20,326 nt of DNA from Fidelibacterota bacterium (lineage in GTDB: Bacteria; Fidelibacterota; Marinisomatia; Marinisomatales; TCS56): contig JBDRBK010000156.1 of NCBI GenBank assembly GCA_043822705.1, positions 1-20,326 of the forward strand, given 5' to 3'. The stretch's first letter is position 1. Each line of letters starts with the position of its first letter. Below the pieces are notes generated by a model that was given only the letters and a program-made list of their open reading frames with translations, had not been told where the DNA came from and ran no database searches. Below, piece by piece: positions 16,298 to 20,326 of the stretch. The translations under genes and the position numbers were made by a program.

Positions 16298-17969
16298 TCT
16301 GCTCAACACCGTCAGCATTCACTGGTGGACTTATTTCGTTCCCCTGGTAATTCAAAATACGCTGTTTCTGGCATTGGTCTACAGCGCTCTCAGTTATCTG
16401 AAAAAAATACCTGCCCAAAGCAGGTATGGGATCGCACTACTGGGTTTGATAAAATTGCTGATCCCCGCATTTATTCCGCTTTCCCTGCTTACAGTTTCAC
16501 AAATTGCCGACCTTAATCAGATGGTAATCCTGGCACCGGTAATAACAACAACAACCGTGACCCTGCCGGTGCCGGCGGCTACACTGACTGTCCCGGCCAT
16601 CACCATGCTGGGCTGGGCGACTGTGGCGGCGCTGATGCTGCTGCAGCCATTATTTGCCCTGGGGCGCATCCGCTACCAGTTGCGGCAGGCGCAAGTTGTC
16701 GAAGAAAGAACCACCGCCGGCGGCACTAAAGTACGGATTCATAAGACCGGCCGCGTGACTTTGCCAATGACCATCGGCATGTTTTCCAAACATATATATG
16801 TACCGGTCCTGTGGGACAGCTGGTCGATCGAATATCGTGAAATGGCGTTACGCCACGAAATCGCCCATATCGAACGGCATGACGGTTTGGTCAGCGGAAT
16901 CCAGATGCTGGCGCAGGCCCTGTATTTTTTCCATCCCCTGGTATGGCTGCTCAATCGGTCGATCGATGAACTGCGGGAAATGGTGTGCGACGAAGCCGCT
17001 CAAGGGCAGCAGGATCATGATTCTATAATCTACTCCCGCTTCCTGGTCGATGTGGCCGAACACATGGTCCGGGCTCAAGTCGACTGCCCGACAGTCAACA
17101 GTCTGCTGAAAAAGAAAAAGGAATTATTGAACCGCATCCAATATTTACTGGAGGATAAGATGCAAACCAACCACAGATTCAGAAGTATTATAATGCCGGT
17201 GCTGGTCAGCCTGGCGCTGCTGCTGTCGTGGAATTGCCAGAGCCAAATTGCAAAGCCAATCATTAAGGCCGATGCGACCGAAAAAGGTTACGAAGTCCCG
17301 GAAGATATCAAATTCATTCCCTATGATGAACCACCGGAACCGCTGGGTGGATTCGACGCAATCATGAATAATGTCGTCTATCCTAAAGCCGCGCTGGAGG
17401 CTGGTATCGAAGGAACCATAATCGTAATGGCCCATATCGATGAAACCGGCGTGGTGAACGAAACGCGGGTCGTAAAAAGTATTCCCGGCAGCGGATTGGA
17501 TGAAGCGGCTGCCCTGGCAATCAGTACGACCAAATTCAAACCTGCTCAACAGCGCGACCGCACTGTCGGTGTATGGATTACCATCCCGGTGAATTTCAAA
17601 CTCAATGATAAAGAAAAAACCGGAGCGGTCGATCAAGCAAAAGAATTCATTCCCTATGACCAACCGCCAGTACCTATCGGCGGGTATACGGCGATTAAGG
17701 CCAATGTAATCTATCCCGAACTGGCGCTAAAGGCCGGGATCGAAGGCACTGTCATCGTCCAGACCTTTGTTGACAAAACCGGAAAAGTCAGCAAAACAGT
17801 GATACTACGTAGCCCCGATGATGTTTTGAACGATGCGGCCATCGCCGCGATAAATAAAACTGTTTTTCAACCAGCAATGGCTCAAGACCAGCCGGTGGGC
17901 GTCTGGATTTCGATACCAATTTATTTCTCCCTGAGTAATGATAAGCCGGTACCGGAAAGTCAAAAATAA
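16290..17969 (+). CDS. BlaR1-like M56 metallopeptidase sensor fused to two TonB C-terminal domains
   Basis: N-terminal TMs, HEIAH zinc motif, FFHPLVWL and REMVCD, then a TM, then two YPxxAxxAGIEGT.IV...D..A..A...F.PA TonB_C repeats. Start reassigned to ATG 16290 (AGGAG at 16278-16282), overlapping the repressor stop. Confidence 0.92.
   Translation: MVNLLNTVSIHWWTYFVPLVIQNTLFLALVYSALSYLKKIPAQSRYGIALLGLIKLLIPAFIPLSLLTVSQIADLNQMVILAPVITTTTVTLPVPAATLTVPAITMLGWATVAALMLLQPLFALGRIRYQLRQAQVVEERTTAGGTKVRIHKTGRVTLPMTIGMFSKHIYVPVLWDSWSIEYREMALRHEIAHIERHDGLVSGIQMLAQALYFFHPLVWLLNRSIDELREMVCDEAAQGQQDHDSIIYSRFLVDVAEHMVRAQVDCPTVNSLLKKKKELLNRIQYLLEDKMQTNHRFRSIIMPVLVSLALLLSWNCQSQIAKPIIKADATEKGYEVPEDIKFIPYDEPPEPLGGFDAIMNNVVYPKAALEAGIEGTIIVMAHIDETGVVNETRVVKSIPGSGLDEAAALAISTTKFKPAQQRDRTVGVWITIPVNFKLNDKEKTGAVDQAKEFIPYDQPPVPIGGYTAIKANVIYPELALKAGIEGTVIVQTFVDKTGKVSKTVILRSPDDVLNDAAIAAINKTVFQPAMAQDQPVGVWISIPIYFSLSNDKPVPESQK
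17313..17942 (+). repeat. Intragenic tandem duplication of the TonB C-terminal domain (333-nt period)
   Basis: TTCATTCCCTATGA (FIPYD) occurs at 17313 and 17646. The protein repeats share FIPYD.PP.P.GG, YP..AL.AGIEGT and VGVWI.IP..F.L. Confidence 0.9.
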
Positions 17970-18043
17970 ATCAGGAATTAATGTCGCTACAATTCTAACC
18001 GATCGTCGTTGCTTTCCTTATCGAGGGGAGAAAACCAGGCGCG

Positions 18044-18823
18044 TTACTTGGTTTTCTCCTTTTTGATTTTATCCCAGATCGCATCCATTTCCGCCAGGGT
18101 GGTTTCTTCGATCGGTTTGCCCCGGCGTTTTAATTCCTGTTCGATCAGGCGAAACCGTTCGGTGAATTTGCGGTTGGTCTTGCGCAGGGCATCCTCGGCC
18201 GGGATTTTATAGAACCGGGCCAGATTGACCACCGAGAACAGCAGGTCGCCGATTTCTTCTTCGATATGTTCGCGCACCTCGCTGGATTCGGCCTGGCGCA
18301 ATTCTTCCAGTTCCTCGTGGATTTTATCCCAGATACCCGCTACCTGGTCCCAGTCGAAACCCACATAACTGGCCTTTTCCTGCAGGCGCTGGGCCCGGAT
18401 CAGGGCCGGCAGATTGACCGGCACGCCATCCAGGCGCGACTCCCGTTTTTTCTCGTGGTGCTTGGTGTCCTCCCAGTTCTTTTTGGCGTGAAAGGCCGCC
18501 TGGGCTGATTCATCGCCGAACACGTGGGGGTGGCGGCGGATCATTTTGGCCGAAATATTATCGATCACCGCACCGATCTCAAATTCATCACCCTGACGGG
18601 CAATATCGGTCTGAAAAACCAGATGCAGCAGCACATCGCCCAGTTCCTCCTTCAGCGCCGGCCAGTTTTTCCCGTCGACCGCCTCCAGCACCTCGTAAGC
18701 CTCTTCAATGAAATAGGGCAGCAGCGAGGCATGGGTCTGTTCCCGGTCCCAGGGGCAGCCGCCGGGACTGCGCAGCCGTTCCACGATTTTGACCAGCTCC
18801 TCGAATTTTTCGCCGATATTCAT
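18044..18823 (-). CDS. mazG: Nucleoside triphosphate pyrophosphohydrolase MazG
   Basis: LRSPGGCPWDREQTH, EEAYEV, EELGDVLL, RRHPHVF, GFDW and EEEIGDLLF. Confidence 0.97.
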   Translation of the reverse strand: MNIGEKFEELVKIVERLRSPGGCPWDREQTHASLLPYFIEEAYEVLEAVDGKNWPALKEELGDVLLHLVFQTDIARQGDEFEIGAVIDNISAKMIRRHPHVFGDESAQAAFHAKKNWEDTKHHEKKRESRLDGVPVNLPALIRAQRLQEKASYVGFDWDQVAGIWDKIHEELEELRQAESSEVREHIEEEIGDLLFSVVNLARFYKIPAEDALRKTNRKFTERFRLIEQELKRRGKPIEETTLAEMDAIWDKIKKEKTK

Positions 18824-18829
18824 GTTCCG

Positions 18830-19276
18830 TCATCCCGTCAAAAGCAATTTTCGCCAGTCGAACTGTCCCAGATATTGTTCCTCCTGCTCCCGCATTGCCT
18901 GACGCCGGTCATCCGTATCATCTTCATGACCCAGCAGGTGCAGGGCGCCGTGCACGATCAGGCGCGCCAGTTCCCGGCCGAATGGTTCACCGAATTCGAC
19001 GGCGTTGGCACGGGCGCGGGGAACACTGATATAGATTTCACCCTCCACCGGTGCTTCGTCGTATTCATTCATCCGGAAGGCGATCACGTCGGTATACTGG
19101 TCGACACCGAAAAACTGTTTCTTCAAATCGCCGAGCTGGTCGTCATCGACAAAGACCAGGGTACAATCGGCAATGCTGATTCCCTCGGTGGTGAAAACCA
19201 GTTTCAGCAGGTCAAGAGCCGCCGTTTCACGCAGTTCCGGAAAATCGGTTTCCAGACCGATCCGGATTTCAATCAT
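18830..19276 (-). CDS. ybeY: rRNA maturation endoribonuclease YbeY
   Basis: TDVIAF, GEIYIS, ELARLIVHGALHLLGHED and MREQE. Start reassigned to ATG 19276, which gives an ATGA overlap with the upstream gene's stop. Confidence 0.92.
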   Translation of the reverse strand: MIEIRIGLETDFPELRETAALDLLKLVFTTEGISIADCTLVFVDDDQLGDLKKQFFGVDQYTDVIAFRMNEYDEAPVEGEIYISVPRARANAVEFGEPFGRELARLIVHGALHLLGHEDDTDDRRQAMREQEEQYLGQFDWRKLLLTG

Positions 19277-20326
19277 GCCGCTTCCGGCTGGTCTTCGGGG
19301 TATTCGATCCGGATATGATAAATACCGCGGATCACCGGCAACATGCCGGTGGTGCCGTTGACTTCGCCCTTGATCCGCCGCAGCTCGTCCATGGTCAGCG
19401 GACATTCATCCAGCTGGCCGTCGGAAATCCGCCGGTCGACAATCTTATCGATGATATCCTGAACCTTGAAGAGATCCGGTTTTTTCAGCGAGCGAACGGC
19501 CGCCTCGACCGCCTCGCAGATCATGATGATACCGGTTTCTTTGGTGTTAGGCTTGGGCCCGGGATAGCGGTAGGCGCTCTCATCGACTTCCTTGGAATCC
19601 ACCGCTTCCTCCAGCGCTTTGTGATAAAAATATTCGATCCGCATGTTGCCGTGGTGCATGGGAATAAAATCGCTGACAACTTGCGGCAGGCCGTATTCTT
19701 CTGCCAGATCCAGGCCGTCTCGGACATGGGTCCGGATGATTTTGGCGCTCATCACCGGCGTCAGTGTGTCGTGTTTGTTTTCACCCTGAAACTGATTCTC
19801 GATAAAATATTCCGGGCGCAGCATTTTCCCGATATCGTGATAATAGGCGCCGACCCGACTCAGCAGCGAGCGGGCATCGATGGCGTTGGCGCAGGATTCG
19901 GCCAGATTACCGACCACGACACTGTGATTGAACGTACCGTTGGCCTCCTGCTGCAGGCGTTTCAGCAGTGGATGATTGAAATCGGACAATTCCAGCAGGG
20001 TCAGATCGGTGGTAATGTCGAAGCCGATTTCCAGCAGGCCGATCAGGCCGTAGGTGATGATCGGCGAAAGAATGCTGATCCCCAGCAGATAAAGAATATC
20101 CTCGCCGACCTTCGGCCAGGCATGGGCCTTGAACAGACCCATGGCCAGAACTACCAGGATACTGGCCAGACTGAGCACGAAAATTGCCGTGAAAATCTGT
20201 CCGCGGGTACGCAGGCGCCGCACCGCGAAAACCGCCGCCGAGGACTGAAACAGGGAAACGATCACGAAATCGAGATTGTTGCCCATGATGATACCGCTCA
20301 GCATGGCGATTGATGTCGCCCCCATG
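19273..20326 (-). CDS. 7TM-HD (HDIG) membrane phosphohydrolase, PgpH/YqfF-like; 5' part lies outside the window
   Basis: TM helices, then LLELSDFNHPLL, GTFNHS, GAYYHDIGK, YFIENQ, HHG, YRYPGPKP and DGQLDEC. Adjacent to ybeY, as is usual for this family. Confidence 0.92.
   Translation of the reverse strand, partial: MGATSIAMLSGIIMGNNLDFVIVSLFQSSAAVFAVRRLRTRGQIFTAIFVLSLASILVVLAMGLFKAHAWPKVGEDILYLLGISILSPIITYGLIGLLEIGFDITTDLTLLELSDFNHPLLKRLQQEANGTFNHSVVVGNLAESCANAIDARSLLSRVGAYYHDIGKMLRPEYFIENQFQGENKHDTLTPVMSAKIIRTHVRDGLDLAEEYGLPQVVSDFIPMHHGNMRIEYFYHKALEEAVDSKEVDESAYRYPGPKPNTKETGIIMICEAVEAAVRSLKKPDLFKVQDIIDKIVDRRISDGQLDECPLTMDELRRIKGEVNGTTGMLPVIRGIYHIRIEYPEDQPEAA

Noticed and set aside
18012..18030. 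Weak hairpin between the convergent M56-TonB and mazG genes
   Set aside because: The stem needs several G-U pairs on the plus strand, is mismatched on the minus strand, and has no proper U-tract; not called as a terminator.
19277..19405. ORF-track N-terminal extension of ybeY
   Set aside because: It lies inside the HD gene in another frame; the ATGA overlap at 19273-19276 gives a normal-length YbeY.
19315..20313. 332-aa plus-strand ORF
   Set aside because: Antisense shadow of the 7TM-HD gene.

Overview
Bacterial, mostly GC-rich, gene-dense window. It opens with the 3' end and right inverted repeat of an IS3-family element (1-140), followed by an AT-rich intergenic patch containing an inverted pair of double-hairpin REP-like units and a heptamer repeat array. 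The genes that follow are: a small membrane protein plus an alkyltransferase-like (ATL, PWHRV) protein; an MFS transporter; an ATP-cone/uridine-kinase-like fusion; lgt; a membrane-anchored penicillin-acylase-family Ntn hydrolase; a 1143-aa GH13 enzyme; a polytopic spermidine-synthase-like SAM-binding protein with a terminator; yjbQ, lasT-like and dapF-like genes; a BlaI repressor with an M56 peptidase fused to two TonB C-terminal domains; and a minus-strand 7TM-HD phosphohydrolase-ybeY-mazG cluster. The most notable signals are four. (1) The DapF homologue has both catalytic cysteine positions occupied by serine. (2) The nucleoside-kinase-like protein carries an N-terminal ATP-cone. (3) The BlaI/M56-TonB module has a near-consensus sigma70 promoter, a palindromic operator and a possible internal translation start. 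(4) The REPIN-like and heptamer structures lie next to the IS end. All calls come from reading motifs by eye; no database searches were run, and novelty relative to the literature is not verified.
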